A stretch of 64,000 nt of DNA from Polyangiaceae bacterium (GTDB taxonomy: Bacteria > Myxococcota_A > Polyangia > Polyangiales > Polyangiaceae). The notes below the pieces were generated by a model. It saw only the letters and a program-made list of their open reading frames with translations, searched no databases and was not told the origin of the DNA. Positions within the stretch are counted from its first letter, which is position 1, and each line of letters opens with the position of its first letter. The stretch spans positions 32,001 through 96,000 of the forward strand of contig JBILLK010000035.1 of NCBI GenBank assembly GCA_044376115.1. The letters run 5' to 3'. Below are positions 27,787 to 37,897 of the stretch, piece after piece. Made by a program: the position numbers and the translations under genes.

Positions 27787-29082
27787 TCAGTTCGGCGTGA
27801 CCGTGCTCTTCAGCTTCGGGATGCAGGAGGCGTTGTCGAGCAGGGCGACCTCTTTGGAGAAGAGCGTGAGATCCTCGTCGAGCACGTCGAAGCCAAACGC
27901 TGTAGCGCTCACGCCAGCGGTCATACCCACCCCGAGGTCCATGTCGACCTTGCACACATTGTTCGTTACCGCGGCGGAGACCTGTGCGTAGCCCTCGAGG
28001 CCGATATCGATACCGGCGTTGGCAACCACGATATTGAGCTCTGTTTGCAGCTCCGGCCGGATGAAGCAGCGTGCGGTGATCGGCTTGCCAGTATTGAAGG
28101 TTGGTCCGAGCCGCGTGAAGCTGAAGCTCGATTGCGCAATCGGGCTGAGGCCTTCGTCTTTGACGAACTCGACGCCGAAGGCGACGCTCGAGGACTGCTG
28201 CATACCCGCGGTGAGGTTCATGCCCTCCGGTATCTGCACGCTACAACCGAGCACGAGCTTGGGGGTAACGGTGATCACGATGGGGCCGAGCGGGATCGGG
28301 ATGGGCGGGGCGCTGAAGGTCTTCTCGAACTCCTCGTCGACGCCGACCGTGTTCTCGAGCTTGACCTCGAGCTCGGCAGACTGTGATCCGGAGGCGACCG
28401 CGCTGAGTCGCTTGAGGCCTTTGAGGAGGCTGGCGTCCAAGTCGAAGTTGAAGGCCGGCGCGAATTGGAACGTCGCCTTGCTGAGCGTGGCTTTGAGTTG
28501 GTCGTTCTGAAACAGCACCGTGCCGCTCTTGTTGAAGGCGAGCGCCGGGTTGGCCTCGGGATCTCCGCTCGGGGCCTTGGGCGAGATTTTGGCGCCGTCC
28601 TCGGCGACGAACTCGAGGTTCTCGAAGTCGTCGAGCTTTATCGTCGTGACCATGTCGCACGACTCGAAAGCGTCGGCGAGCGATGCCGCTTCGGTCTCGA
28701 TCACGATCTCGTCGCCGGCTTGCGACACGGCGGCGACCTTGCGAATGAAGCCGATCGGGTTGGTAGCGGCGAAGGTCTGGTGCGGGTTACCGATGATGGC
28801 GCTGCCCAGCTCGAGATCGAGCAGCTCGGGGAAGTCGGCCGCGGGTACCCGCAAGCTCGTTTCGGTCACAGTCACAAGGTCGGAGGCGGGGGCTTTGACG
28901 TACGTCGTCGACGCCTTGAGCTCCCAGTTGAGGCCGTCTGGGCGGGCAGGCTTCCAGGTCACTTCGACGCCATCCGGGTCGGACCATTCGGTCGGCTGGA
29001 CCTCCTCTTCTGAGGACTCCTCGCCGCAGGCGGCGATCACGAGGGCAAACGTCGAAAGGAAGAACGTGCTGCGGATAGTCAT
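27787..29082 (-). CDS. Hypothetical beta-rich lipoprotein
   Basis: IAAC lipobox, AAGGAGA RBS, strong codon bias. Confidence 0.7.
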   Translation of the reverse strand: MTIRSTFFLSTFALVIAACGEESSEEEVQPTEWSDPDGVEVTWKPARPDGLNWELKASTTYVKAPASDLVTVTETSLRVPAADFPELLDLELGSAIIGNPHQTFAATNPIGFIRKVAAVSQAGDEIVIETEAASLADAFESCDMVTTIKLDDFENLEFVAEDGAKISPKAPSGDPEANPALAFNKSGTVLFQNDQLKATLSKATFQFAPAFNFDLDASLLKGLKRLSAVASGSQSAELEVKLENTVGVDEEFEKTFSAPPIPIPLGPIVITVTPKLVLGCSVQIPEGMNLTAGMQQSSSVAFGVEFVKDEGLSPIAQSSFSFTRLGPTFNTGKPITARCFIRPELQTELNIVVANAGIDIGLEGYAQVSAAVTNNVCKVDMDLGVGMTAGVSATAFGFDVLDEDLTLFSKEVALLDNASCIPKLKSTVTPN

Positions 29083-29295
29083 GGGTATCTCCTTGGCTAA
29101 GCCAGTGTCGTTGACCCCTCGAAGCTAGTCAGCGCGATCTCATAGACGAATCCAGCTATTCGATATAAAGCCCATAGCCATGGACTATGGGTGGGCGCAC
29201 CGCGAGATCGCTAAATATCTATCGTAAACGCGCGGCAGCCTTGGGCGACAAGGCGGGTCTTGTGCCTCGACGACCAGCTGTGGCACCCTCGGTCG

Positions 29296-29541
29296 ATGTC
29301 GAGCAACGTCGTCAATCTGAACCGCTTCCGGAAGAAGAAGGCGCGTGAAGACCGGGTGAAGCAGGCCGAGACGAACAGTCGTTTGCACGGCCGCACCAAG
29401 GCTGAGAAGCAACGCGAGCTGATGGAGCGCAAGCGGGCTTCGCAAGCGCTCGAAGGGAAGCGCCTGGAGGGCGACTCGGCGAACACGGCTTCAGAAGCTG
29501 AGGGAGAGCAGATTGAGCTCAGCGAGGTCCATCGGCCCTAG
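29296..29541 (+). CDS. DUF4169 family protein
   Basis: VVNLNRFRKKKAR...N..LHGRTKAEK signature. Confidence 0.8.
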   Translation: MSSNVVNLNRFRKKKAREDRVKQAETNSRLHGRTKAEKQRELMERKRASQALEGKRLEGDSANTASEAEGEQIELSEVHRP

Positions 29542-29578
29542 TAACGCTGTGGCCCGCTCCATGCTCTCAGCGTTCACA

Positions 29579-30217
29579 ATGGATAACCCCGTCTCCTTGC
29601 CACGGCTGAATGAAGCCGCTCCGAACTTTCATGCCAAGACCACCCAAGGAGATCGCTCCTTGCTGGACTACAAGGGCAAGTGGCTGATTCTCTTCTCGCA
29701 CCCAGCTGACTTCACGCCGGTGTGCACCACCGAATTCATCGGCTTTCAGAAGCATGCGGACATCTTTCGCAGCATGAACTGCGAGCTACTCGGCCTCTCG
29801 ATCGACAGCCTCTTTTCTCATTTGGCCTGGATTCAGAACATCAAAGAGAAGTTCGGGGTGGAGATTGGCTTCCCCATCATTGAAGACATCAAAATGGAGG
29901 TCGCCCGCACCTTCGGCATGGTGCATCCCGGAGCCGGTGATACCCAGGCCGTGCGCGCTACTTTCTTCATAGACCCGCACGGCGTGCTGCGCGCCATGGT
30001 TTACTACCCAATGAGCAACGGCCGTAGCATCAGCGAGTTTGTGCGCTTGCTGACCGCCATGCAAACCAGCGACGCCCAGAAAGTCGCCACACCTGAGGGT
30101 TGGACGGTAGGCGCTGACGTGCTCATCCCACCGCCGCGGACCGCTGAAGCCGCCGCCAAGCGCGCCGGCGAGGGCTTCAAAACGACTGACTGGTACTTCT
30201 CCACCAAGTCGCTTTGA
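29579..30217 (+). CDS. Peroxiredoxin (Prx6/1-Cys-like)
   Basis: FSHPADFTPVCTTE, AVRATFFIDP, YYPMSNGR and TPEGW motifs. Confidence 0.93.
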   Translation: MDNPVSLPRLNEAAPNFHAKTTQGDRSLLDYKGKWLILFSHPADFTPVCTTEFIGFQKHADIFRSMNCELLGLSIDSLFSHLAWIQNIKEKFGVEIGFPIIEDIKMEVARTFGMVHPGAGDTQAVRATFFIDPHGVLRAMVYYPMSNGRSISEFVRLLTAMQTSDAQKVATPEGWTVGADVLIPPPRTAEAAAKRAGEGFKTTDWYFSTKSL

Positions 30218-30441
30218 GCCATCGCATTCAGGGCCGAGGCGCGAGCGTGCGAACGCCCCCAGCGGGCGGTCTTTGGCTCAAGGCCGATCCGTGAAGGCCC
30301 GAGAGCGCTGATGTTTCACTGGGATGTTGCATCGTGTTTCGCCTAGGGTGGAGTCTCGAAATTCGCGGGGCGAAAGGCGTTGGCCTGCGCCATGCAAAGG
30401 ATCCTCTAGGAAACACCGTGCAACGTCGTCGTCGGGTAGCA

Positions 30442-31914
30442 ATGCGTATTGGTTTTGAGCGAGGGCTCGTTGGGATGAACGTGGCTCTCGCCGCTGCGCT
30501 TCTGGCCGCTCCCGTAGCGGCCCAGACCGTCGGCGCGCCGGACAATGCAGCGGCGCCCAACGCAGCGGCGCCCAAAGCAACGCCGCCCCCCAAGACCGAG
30601 AACTCGAAGCCTTGGCGTCTTTACGAGGCATTGGGCACGGAGCCGTACTTCAAGTTTGGGCTCGAGCATCGGGTGCGGTTGGAGCACCTGGTGAATGACT
30701 TCCGCGCAAGCACACCTTTGGACGCCTCGGCCATCGCCTTTCGAACGCTGCTGAGCGCCGAGGGAAAGCTCGGGCCGGTAGTGCTCGGCGCGGAGCTGCA
30801 AGACTCACGGCAGATCGCCACCGATGAAACGCCAGTGAACACCGGGGCGATCAACACCTTTGAGCTTTTGCAGGGGTACATCGGAATCCGCGCCAAGGAC
30901 GTACTGGCGAAGGGTGATTCGCTCGAGGTTCTGTTTGGTCGTCAGACCATGGATCTCGCGAATCGTCGCCTGGTCGCGCGCAATGACTTCCGCAATACCT
31001 CCAATGGCTATTCGGGGTTGTCCCTCAATTGGCTGAGCACGGACAAACATCAGGTTCGGTCCTTTGCATTCTTTCCGGTCAATCGGTTGGTTAGCGAGGA
31101 AGAGGAGCTGCGGGACAACCTGACCGAGTTCGACCAGGAGAATACGCATCAGATATTATGGGGTAGTTACGTACTGCTCAATTCGGTGTTGGATAGCTCG
31201 AACGTGGAGTTCTACGTGGTCGGCCTGCATGAGTCGGACGGAGCGGTGGAGTCGGCGAACCGTCGTTTGACGACGCCGGTGCTGCGCTGGTTTCGGCCTG
31301 CAGCGGCCGGTCAGTTCGACTTCCAGCTCGAGGGGATGGCGCAACTCGGGCGCTCGCGAGCCAGCAACAAGCCTGAGGATGTTCGGGACCTCGAGCACCG
31401 TGCATTCGCCACGCACGCCTCGCTGGGCTACCAAGTAGCGGTGCCATGGGCGCCGCGTTTTTCGCTCGGGCATGACTACGCGACAGGTGATGCTTCTCCA
31501 GAGGACGACGAGAACAACCGCTTTGATACCTTGTTTGGCGCTCGGCGCTTTGAGTTTGGCCCGACTGGCCTCTTTGGCGCGCTCAGTCGTAACAACGTAG
31601 TCTCTCCGTTCGTCCGCTTCGAGGCCGTGCCGATCAAGCCGATTGAACTGATGACGTCGCATCGTTTGGCTTGGCTCGCGAGTCCCACCGACGCTTGGGT
31701 TCCGGCGGGACAACGTGATGAGTCCGGCAGCTCTGGCACCTTCATCGGATACCTCGCTGAGTTGCGGGCACGTTGGACTCCATTCCCCAAGAACCTAAAC
31801 TTCGAGTTCGGAGGGGCCGTGCTCACCCGTGGCGGCTTCGCCAAAGAAACAGCGCCGGGAACGCGCGGAGCGCCCCCCCTCTATAGTTATCTCCAAGCCA
31901 CGGCAGCGCTGTAG
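30442..31914 (+). CDS. Alginate export family outer-membrane beta-barrel protein
   Basis: Signal peptide, ELQDSR, GRQTMDL..RRLVARNDFRNT, DYATGD and FDTLFGARR motifs. Confidence 0.8.
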   Translation: MRIGFERGLVGMNVALAAALLAAPVAAQTVGAPDNAAAPNAAAPKATPPPKTENSKPWRLYEALGTEPYFKFGLEHRVRLEHLVNDFRASTPLDASAIAFRTLLSAEGKLGPVVLGAELQDSRQIATDETPVNTGAINTFELLQGYIGIRAKDVLAKGDSLEVLFGRQTMDLANRRLVARNDFRNTSNGYSGLSLNWLSTDKHQVRSFAFFPVNRLVSEEEELRDNLTEFDQENTHQILWGSYVLLNSVLDSSNVEFYVVGLHESDGAVESANRRLTTPVLRWFRPAAAGQFDFQLEGMAQLGRSRASNKPEDVRDLEHRAFATHASLGYQVAVPWAPRFSLGHDYATGDASPEDDENNRFDTLFGARRFEFGPTGLFGALSRNNVVSPFVRFEAVPIKPIELMTSHRLAWLASPTDAWVPAGQRDESGSSGTFIGYLAELRARWTPFPKNLNFEFGGAVLTRGGFAKETAPGTRGAPPLYSYLQATAAL

Positions 31915-31932
31915 CGCTGGTTGGGCGTCATT

Positions 31933-32008
31933 CAACCGCAGGTTGATGCAGCGAACAGAATGGCTCGGGCCTTCTTCGACAACGACGGCCGAAGGCCCCG
32001 TAGTCATT
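31933..32008 (+). mobile_element. Structured repeat element, copy 3 (truncated, 76 bp)
   Basis: CAACC-GCA-GGTTG, GATGCAGCGAACAGAATGGCTCGGGCC, GGCC-GAA-GGCC; ends GTCATT. Confidence 0.8.
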
Positions 32009-32104
32009 CCGCCGAAGGCGGATGCAGCAAACAGAATGACTCGTGCCCTCTTCGAGAGAATCCGCCGAAGGCCCCGATGAACCTTTGACTTGGCATGAGT
32101 CATT
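32009..32104 (+). mobile_element. Structured ~96 bp repeat element, copy 4
   Basis: CCGCC-GAA-GGCGG, GATGCAGCAAACAG, AATGACTCGTGCC...GGCATGAGTCATT; directly tandem to copy 3. Confidence 0.85.
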
Positions 32105-32528
32105 TACGCAATACCAGCGAGGCGTTCTCGAAGGAGCCGTTGCTGCCAGAGACTTTGGCAGAAACCGTATAATCCTTGCCCGCGGGTACATCGAGCTTGC
32201 AGCTCATCAAGCACTCGCAGTTGGCTTTTACACTGTTATTGATGGTGACCGTGTTGCCACAAACGCTGGAGCTGCAGGTGGAGGTAGAGCACTCGGCGTC
32301 CGCGACTACGGTTTTCCCGTCCTTCACCTCGACGCTGTATTTGAGCTTGGGATCTTTGCTGCCCTCCCATTCCCCCTTGTAGTCCGCCCATACCTTCACA
32401 GCGCCGCCCTTCCAATCGGCCTCGCCGGAGTCCCCAGGCCCATCGAGCTGTACGCGCGCGACCTCTTCACCGCGGCACGCCGAAGCAAGCACGAGACCCC
32501 CCAAAGCCAACGGACGTAGCTTGTTCAT
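32100..32528 (-). CDS. Small Cys-rich lipoprotein
   Basis: LASAC lipobox; the stop TGA lies within the terminal TCATT of repeat copy 4. Confidence 0.7.
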   Translation of the reverse strand: MNKLRPLALGGLVLASACRGEEVARVQLDGPGDSGEADWKGGAVKVWADYKGEWEGSKDPKLKYSVEVKDGKTVVADAECSTSTCSSSVCGNTVTINNSVKANCECLMSCKLDVPAGKDYTVSAKVSGSNGSFENASLVLRK

Positions 32529-32684
32529 CGTTGGATGATGCAGCGGGTCGCGGCGCAAGGTCAATTGTGGCTTAGGCGCTTCCCCGCCGGTGGTCCGTCT
32601 AGTCGTGTTTGGCGTGCTGGACGGTAAACCTGCGCGTCCTGGTCGCTGAGCGGAATAAGAATCGCGGTAGCCTGCGTTTCAAGA

Positions 32685-33509
32685 ATGTTGCACGCCCTAT
32701 TGTTCCAACGTCGCCTCTCGTTCGTTCTCCTTTCGCTCTGTGCTTGCGGCGCGAAGCCCTCGTCGCGAGTCGAGCCAGGTCGTTCGCTCGAGCCCGACGC
32801 CCAAGCGGCTTTGTCCTCGCCGGGGCAACGTCCACCTACTCCCCCGACCGCGACCGCGTCGGCTCCTTCGAGCGTCGCCCCTGCGACTGCATCCGCCTCG
32901 GCGCCGCCACTGCCGAACAAGCCAGCACCGCTCTCCCTCGGATTTACCGCCGGCGCCCCGCCCGCGGGCGTCCCAGCCGCGCTGTACGCCTCGCTCTTCG
33001 AGATCAAAAGGAGCTGGAAACTCAGCGGCGAGAAGAAGCACTCGCACACCGAGGACAAGCCAGTGAACACGAAGGTGAAGTTCAGCGCCATGTGCCAGGT
33101 CATCAGCGTGGAGAGCTACACCTGGGGCGTGTGGTCGCAAGTCGCGTGCAATGACCTGCCCGCTGCCGGCTCGACGAACCTCTTGGCCGGCCACTGGTTC
33201 GCCACCGAGCGCGGCCTCTTCCATCTGGAGGATATCGGCGCCGGCGGGCTGGTCCTCGAGGATGAGGCGTTGGTGCTACCAACCGTCCCCAAAGCCGAGC
33301 AGAAGGAAGAAAAAGACGCGGAGATGGAGGGCTTCTTCTCGAAGCGGCGCGTCTATCAAGAGAAGGCCGCTTGGTGCTTCGAGTCCATCTTCGCCGGCGG
33401 TGACGAGGGCTGGCACGGGGTCTGTATCGACGAGAAGCGAGGCTTCGTCTCTGGCAACTACGGCTGGGCCGGCGGCTCCAGTGACGAGGTCACGTTCACG
33501 GCGAAGTAG
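32685..33509 (+). CDS. Hypothetical lipoprotein
   Basis: LCAC lipobox, Pro/Ala linker, globular C-terminus. Confidence 0.65.
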   Translation: MLHALLFQRRLSFVLLSLCACGAKPSSRVEPGRSLEPDAQAALSSPGQRPPTPPTATASAPSSVAPATASASAPPLPNKPAPLSLGFTAGAPPAGVPAALYASLFEIKRSWKLSGEKKHSHTEDKPVNTKVKFSAMCQVISVESYTWGVWSQVACNDLPAAGSTNLLAGHWFATERGLFHLEDIGAGGLVLEDEALVLPTVPKAEQKEEKDAEMEGFFSKRRVYQEKAAWCFESIFAGGDEGWHGVCIDEKRGFVSGNYGWAGGSSDEVTFTAK

Positions 33510-33526
33510 ACCTCCGATAGCGGCGC

Positions 33527-34780
33527 TCAGCTCGGGCGCTTTATCAGCGTATCCAGGACCTTCTGCGACTCTGCTGGATCATCGCTTTCAACGGCCAAGA
33601 AGAGACCGCTGGCGCTGAAGACCTTGGCCACATTGGTGAGGCGCTTTCGCTCCTCGGGCGAGAGTGCGTCGGTGCCGGCCTTGGCGCTGACGAAGGTCAA
33701 CGTGAAGGTGCGCGTGCCCTTTTTGGCTGTGATGACGACGGCATTAGTGCCTGCCGGGATGGTGCTCGATAGGTCGGTAAAACCATTGTCCCTTAGCGCC
33801 TTCTCGATCTCGAGCGCGGTAACCTCAGCGAGTACCTTGCCGGCGATCGTTGGCTCAGCTGCCGTCTTGCCTGTCGTTTCAGTGGCGGGCTTTTCACCGG
33901 GGCTGAAGCTGATAGGGAAGGTCACCTTGACCACGCCGCTTTCGGGCTTTGGAAAGCTCAAGGAAGCGAAGGTTTGGCTTACGCAGGAGACGACCTCTTT
34001 GTCATTCAGATCGCTATTGGTTGCGATCCCTTCCGTGGCTCCAGTGGCGCTAATGGTGAAGGAGGTGGTGATTTTGCCGGCCAACGTAGGATTGTTGGTT
34101 AGCCCCTTCTCGTAGCAATACCGGATACGGCTGAACTGCCGGCGAACAACGCGTTGCACGACCTCGGGAGCGAGGCCGCCGGAGACCGTGGTTGCGCCCA
34201 TGCGAACCGAAGGTGATGAGGCTTTGGGGCCACCCGATAGCCGCCCTGATCCAAAGCCGATAGCCCCGCCGCCAGCACCGGCGCCCCTGCCCAAGGTTCC
34301 GACATTGCCCAGCCCAATTCCCTCGGCGCGCCCGGTACCGCCGAGCCCCGCTCCGCTACCACGAAGGCCAAGCCCGCCGACGCCGTAGGCCTCTCCGATC
34401 TCGTCCCCCCACATGTTGCCGCGCGCAGATACGCCGTCGCGACCGAAGAGGTCGGCTGAGGCGCCTTTGCTGTCGAGCAGCCCAATCATGCCCATCTCGG
34501 CGGCTTGTCGCAGGGCTTCCTGGCGCGCGAGGTGAGGGTCGACGTTGGCGCTGCTCGGGGCTTTGATGCCTGAGGCGGCGGCCGAGGCAACGGCGCTGGC
34601 GCTTGGTACCGCGCTCTCAACGGCTGCGGGGCTGTCACTGACCACCGCAGTAGCGGTGGGCTCGCCGGAGCTGGCCAGCTGGGCCGCCGGCGCCGGCTCC
34701 TGACCTTGGGGCTCCTGCGTTTGACACGCAAGGACCCCGAGAAGGCCAACCGTAAACAACCGCGCTGCAAGCTTGCTCAT
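33527..34780 (-). CDS. Lipoprotein with AgmX/PglI C-terminal domain
   Basis: VLAC lipobox, GNMWGDEIGEAYGVGGLGL Gly-rich region, LAPEVVQRVVRR...RYCYEKGL..NPTLAG...FPKP..G.VKVTFP. Confidence 0.85.
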   Translation of the reverse strand: MSKLAARLFTVGLLGVLACQTQEPQGQEPAPAAQLASSGEPTATAVVSDSPAAVESAVPSASAVASAAASGIKAPSSANVDPHLARQEALRQAAEMGMIGLLDSKGASADLFGRDGVSARGNMWGDEIGEAYGVGGLGLRGSGAGLGGTGRAEGIGLGNVGTLGRGAGAGGGAIGFGSGRLSGGPKASSPSVRMGATTVSGGLAPEVVQRVVRRQFSRIRYCYEKGLTNNPTLAGKITTSFTISATGATEGIATNSDLNDKEVVSCVSQTFASLSFPKPESGVVKVTFPISFSPGEKPATETTGKTAAEPTIAGKVLAEVTALEIEKALRDNGFTDLSSTIPAGTNAVVITAKKGTRTFTLTFVSAKAGTDALSPEERKRLTNVAKVFSASGLFLAVESDDPAESQKVLDTLIKRPS

Positions 34781-34941
34781 GCGTATCTCCAGACCTCGAC
34801 CCACACGCGAGGCGGCACTTATACGCTGTTTCGCGCTCGTCCTCCCCGCGAGGAAGGGGGTGCGGCATGGGAGATGCGCGCGGTTGCACACAATCCACGC
34901 CACTGGCGTAAGGTTTCCGCCGCACCCGAGACTAACGGGGC

Positions 34942-35481
34942 ATGGTTGATGGAGTTCCTTTGTCGCACCGAGAGAAGGCAGACCCGTGGGAGGCGCCCTC
35001 GCAGGTGGCTTTCGATGCGCTGATGAGCCGCCACGGCCCAGGGCTCGCACGGGTTGCTCGGGCCTATTCGCGCAGCGAGGCGGACGATCTGCTGCAGGAG
35101 ATCAGCCTCGCGATCTGGCAGGCGCTGCCAAACTTTCGGCGCGAATGCTCGGAGCGGACGTTCGTCTTTCGCGTTGCCCACAACCGCGCCTGGACCTTCT
35201 CTGAGCGGCGGCGCGCGCGGCCGACGCATGAGCTTGACGAGTCGATTCCGGCGACTGGCGATCCTGAGTCGTCGCTCGCCGAGGCCCGGCGAAGAGACGC
35301 GTTATGGGACGGTATCCGGGCCCTCGCGCCACCCGCGCGCATGGTCCTCACGCTAGCGCTCGAGGGCCTCAGTCACGACGAGATCGGTGAGGTGCTCGGG
35401 GTATCGGCAGGGAGCGTCGCTGTGCGGTTGAGCCGCGCACGGGCGCAGCTTCGAGAATGGATGCAAGGAGGTACACGATGA
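34942..35481 (+). CDS. ECF-type RNA polymerase sigma factor
   Basis: DDLLQEISLAIWQALPNFR...FRVAHN region 2; EGLSHDEIGEVLG...VRLSRAR region 4. Confidence 0.92.
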   Translation: MVDGVPLSHREKADPWEAPSQVAFDALMSRHGPGLARVARAYSRSEADDLLQEISLAIWQALPNFRRECSERTFVFRVAHNRAWTFSERRRARPTHELDESIPATGDPESSLAEARRRDALWDGIRALAPPARMVLTLALEGLSHDEIGEVLGVSAGSVAVRLSRARAQLREWMQGGTR

Positions 35482-36089
35482 AGCTCGAGGAAGAGTGGGC
35501 CCAGTGGGAGAGCGACTTTCGATCGGCGCCGCGCCGCACGATCGACGCGACGGTGCTCAATGAACTCATCAAAAAGAGCCAACGCAAGACGCTGCTAGCG
35601 CGCGTCGTCGAGGTCGGCTCTTTGGTGTTCGGCCTGGTGACGTTTGGCGTGCTCGTGACCCGCACCCCAGCGATATGGCCAATCGCGTCGCTGTGTATGG
35701 CCGGGCTCTTCGCCATGCTGCTCCACGCGACACACGTTCGAAGCCGCACCACGACGCACTCCCCGACGATCGCGAGCTATGTCTCGCTCGAGCTGGATCG
35801 CAAACGGAAGGGGCTCAAGATTCACAAGGTTGGCGTGCTCTTCCAAGGGCTCTTCACCGTCGCCTTCGGGCTGTGGCTCCCGTACTTCTTGATGACGACG
35901 CGCGAGGCCCAAGGGGCGAATGTGCCGTGGCTCGTCGTGCGGCTCGTGTTCGCGGCCGTCGCGCTCCCTGCAGTGTGGCTCTATCTATTGCACAAGGGCA
36001 CAAAGCTCGAGGCCGAGCTGAAGAAGCTCGAGACCGTCCAGAGCGAACTGTCGGACGTCCCGGCTACCGAAGTGACGCCTCCGGCCTAG
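35478..36089 (+). CDS. Membrane protein, putative anti-sigma factor
   Basis: ATGA overlap with the sigma gene; four TM helices. Confidence 0.7.
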   Translation: MKLEEEWAQWESDFRSAPRRTIDATVLNELIKKSQRKTLLARVVEVGSLVFGLVTFGVLVTRTPAIWPIASLCMAGLFAMLLHATHVRSRTTTHSPTIASYVSLELDRKRKGLKIHKVGVLFQGLFTVAFGLWLPYFLMTTREAQGANVPWLVVRLVFAAVALPAVWLYLLHKGTKLEAELKKLETVQSELSDVPATEVTPPA

Positions 36090-36172
36090 TCGACTTGAAA
36101 GATCTCGATGTTCCAAGCCATGGGAGGGGCCTCACAACTAGCTTCTTGGGAGGCGACACTGATAAGCCTTGC

Positions 36173-36871
36173 TCAGCGTACCGGCTTTGGGCGCGGCGGC
36201 TTGGGTCGGTGCCTATCGAAGTAATCCTGAGGGCCCTTCTGTGCTGGACGACCGGTAAAGCCTTTCCACTCTGGGAGGGGCGCGACGGAGGTAACGGCGT
36301 CTGCGGAGCCAGTCGGCACCGTGAGCGTGCTGCTTATTGCGGAGGCGGCGGGGCTCGCAGTGGTGATCACCTCGGGGTCCTCCGACCAGAACCATAGGCC
36401 GCCGGCTGCACCCGCGAGGCTGCCTGCTGCCACACTGGCACCGACCATCACTAGGCGACGTACGCGCTTCTTCCTTACGCCTACCGGGCAATCGGAAGTC
36501 AACACGGTTCCGTCGTCGCGACGGAAGAGTCGCAGGCACGGGACCTCACCGGATTGATCGGTGATTAATTGCAGAGCCTCGACGCGGGTCATGGCAGCGA
36601 CGTTGAACACGTCCTTGTCGCAGCTCGTGCAATGGCGAACGCGATCATCGCCGACCATCTGCTCCCAAGCTTGGTCGCAAGGGGAAGCGATGTGCAGGTC
36701 CTCGAGTGGGCCTTGCGCCCGGGCGGAGGCCAGATGGGCCCGCAGCTTTTCGACCTCGCGCAGCAGCTCCTCACGACGGTCCGCAGCTCGATCCAGCGCG
36801 CGCAGCTCTTCTTCCAGCTGCACGAGACGGTCGGCGGTGGCCTCAACGTCGCTACGATACGGCTCGGTCAT
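36173..36871 (-). CDS. Cys-rich (SPC..W..M.GD.RVRHC..C) membrane-anchored protein, paralog B
   Basis: Coiled coil, Cys-rich domain and TM helix; highly similar to 37045-37791. Confidence 0.75.
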   Translation of the reverse strand: MTEPYRSDVEATADRLVQLEEELRALDRAADRREELLREVEKLRAHLASARAQGPLEDLHIASPCDQAWEQMVGDDRVRHCTSCDKDVFNVAAMTRVEALQLITDQSGEVPCLRLFRRDDGTVLTSDCPVGVRKKRVRRLVMVGASVAAGSLAGAAGGLWFWSEDPEVITTASPAASAISSTLTVPTGSADAVTSVAPLPEWKGFTGRPAQKGPQDYFDRHRPKPPRPKPVR

Positions 36872-37044
36872 GGGTGGCTCGGTTCGACTCCTCAGCCGGT
36901 CAGACGTTCCCGAGATAGTGCTGTATCCGCTTTCGGCGCGTTTGCCAGCGTGGCAACCACCTACTTCATCGATCAATGCACCGCCCCCGACGCAACAGAG
37001 TACCGCGTGGTCGCGATCTCAAAGCAACCGCAGGTCCCACCCGG

Positions 37045-37791
37045 TCAACGAACCGGAAGGCCGGGGCGCGGCGTGGTTTGATTGCTCGGGGTGGAACGCT
37101 GCTTTCGGATGGTCTCCCGTGCGGGGCTATCGTTGGCAGGCCAAGTAGCACTGTCGACGGACATGGCTTTTCCCATCCTTACTTCGGGTTGTGTCGTGGG
37201 TACGACGGGGGCAGCGGTTCCCATCAACGCGGGCTCGGGGCGCCGCTGCCCAGCGCTGGCCGAGGGAGATGGATGAATATCGCCCATACGGGCTTGCGGA
37301 CCGTCCGCCCAGAACCACAGCGCGCCGGCAGCGCCGGCGACGCTCGCAGCAACGCCGGCGCCGGCCATGACCAGCCGACGAACCCGCTGCTTTTTTACGC
37401 CAACCGGGCAATCGGCGGTAATCACTGTGCCGTCTTCGCGCCGGAAGAGCCGCAGGCAAAGCCCCTCGCTGGTTTGATTGGTGATGAGTTGCAGCGCCTC
37501 AGCACGCGTCATGCCAGCGACGTTGTAGACGTCCTTGTCGCAGCTACTGCAATGACGAACCCGGTCGTCCCCGAGCATTCGCTCCCAACGTTGATTGCAC
37601 GGGGAAGCGATGCGCAGGTCCTCGAGCGGGCCGCGCGCCCTGGCAGAAGCCAAGTGCGCCCGGAGCTCCTCGACCTCGCGTTGCAGCTGCTCCCGCCGTG
37701 CTGCCGCGCGATCCAGCGAGCGGAGCTCCTCTTCGAGCTGCAAGAGGCGGTCAGCGGTAGCATCCGTGTCGGTGCGGTAGGGCTCGGTCAT
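37045..37791 (-). CDS. Cys-rich membrane-anchored protein, paralog A
   Basis: MTEPYR...ASPCNQRWERMLGDDRVRHCSSCDKDVYN...DCPVG then TM helix; C-tail differs from paralog B. Confidence 0.75.
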   Translation of the reverse strand: MTEPYRTDTDATADRLLQLEEELRSLDRAAARREQLQREVEELRAHLASARARGPLEDLRIASPCNQRWERMLGDDRVRHCSSCDKDVYNVAGMTRAEALQLITNQTSEGLCLRLFRREDGTVITADCPVGVKKQRVRRLVMAGAGVAASVAGAAGALWFWADGPQARMGDIHPSPSASAGQRRPEPALMGTAAPVVPTTQPEVRMGKAMSVDSATWPANDSPARETIRKQRSTPSNQTTPRPGLPVR

Positions 37792-37897
37792 CGTGCCGGG
37801 TTCGACGCACGAGACGGACCGTTATTAGGGAGAATTTTCTTAGCGAAAAAATGAAAGGCCGGCTCGAGTCGTGGTGCCATGGCTGGCGAGGTGGCTC

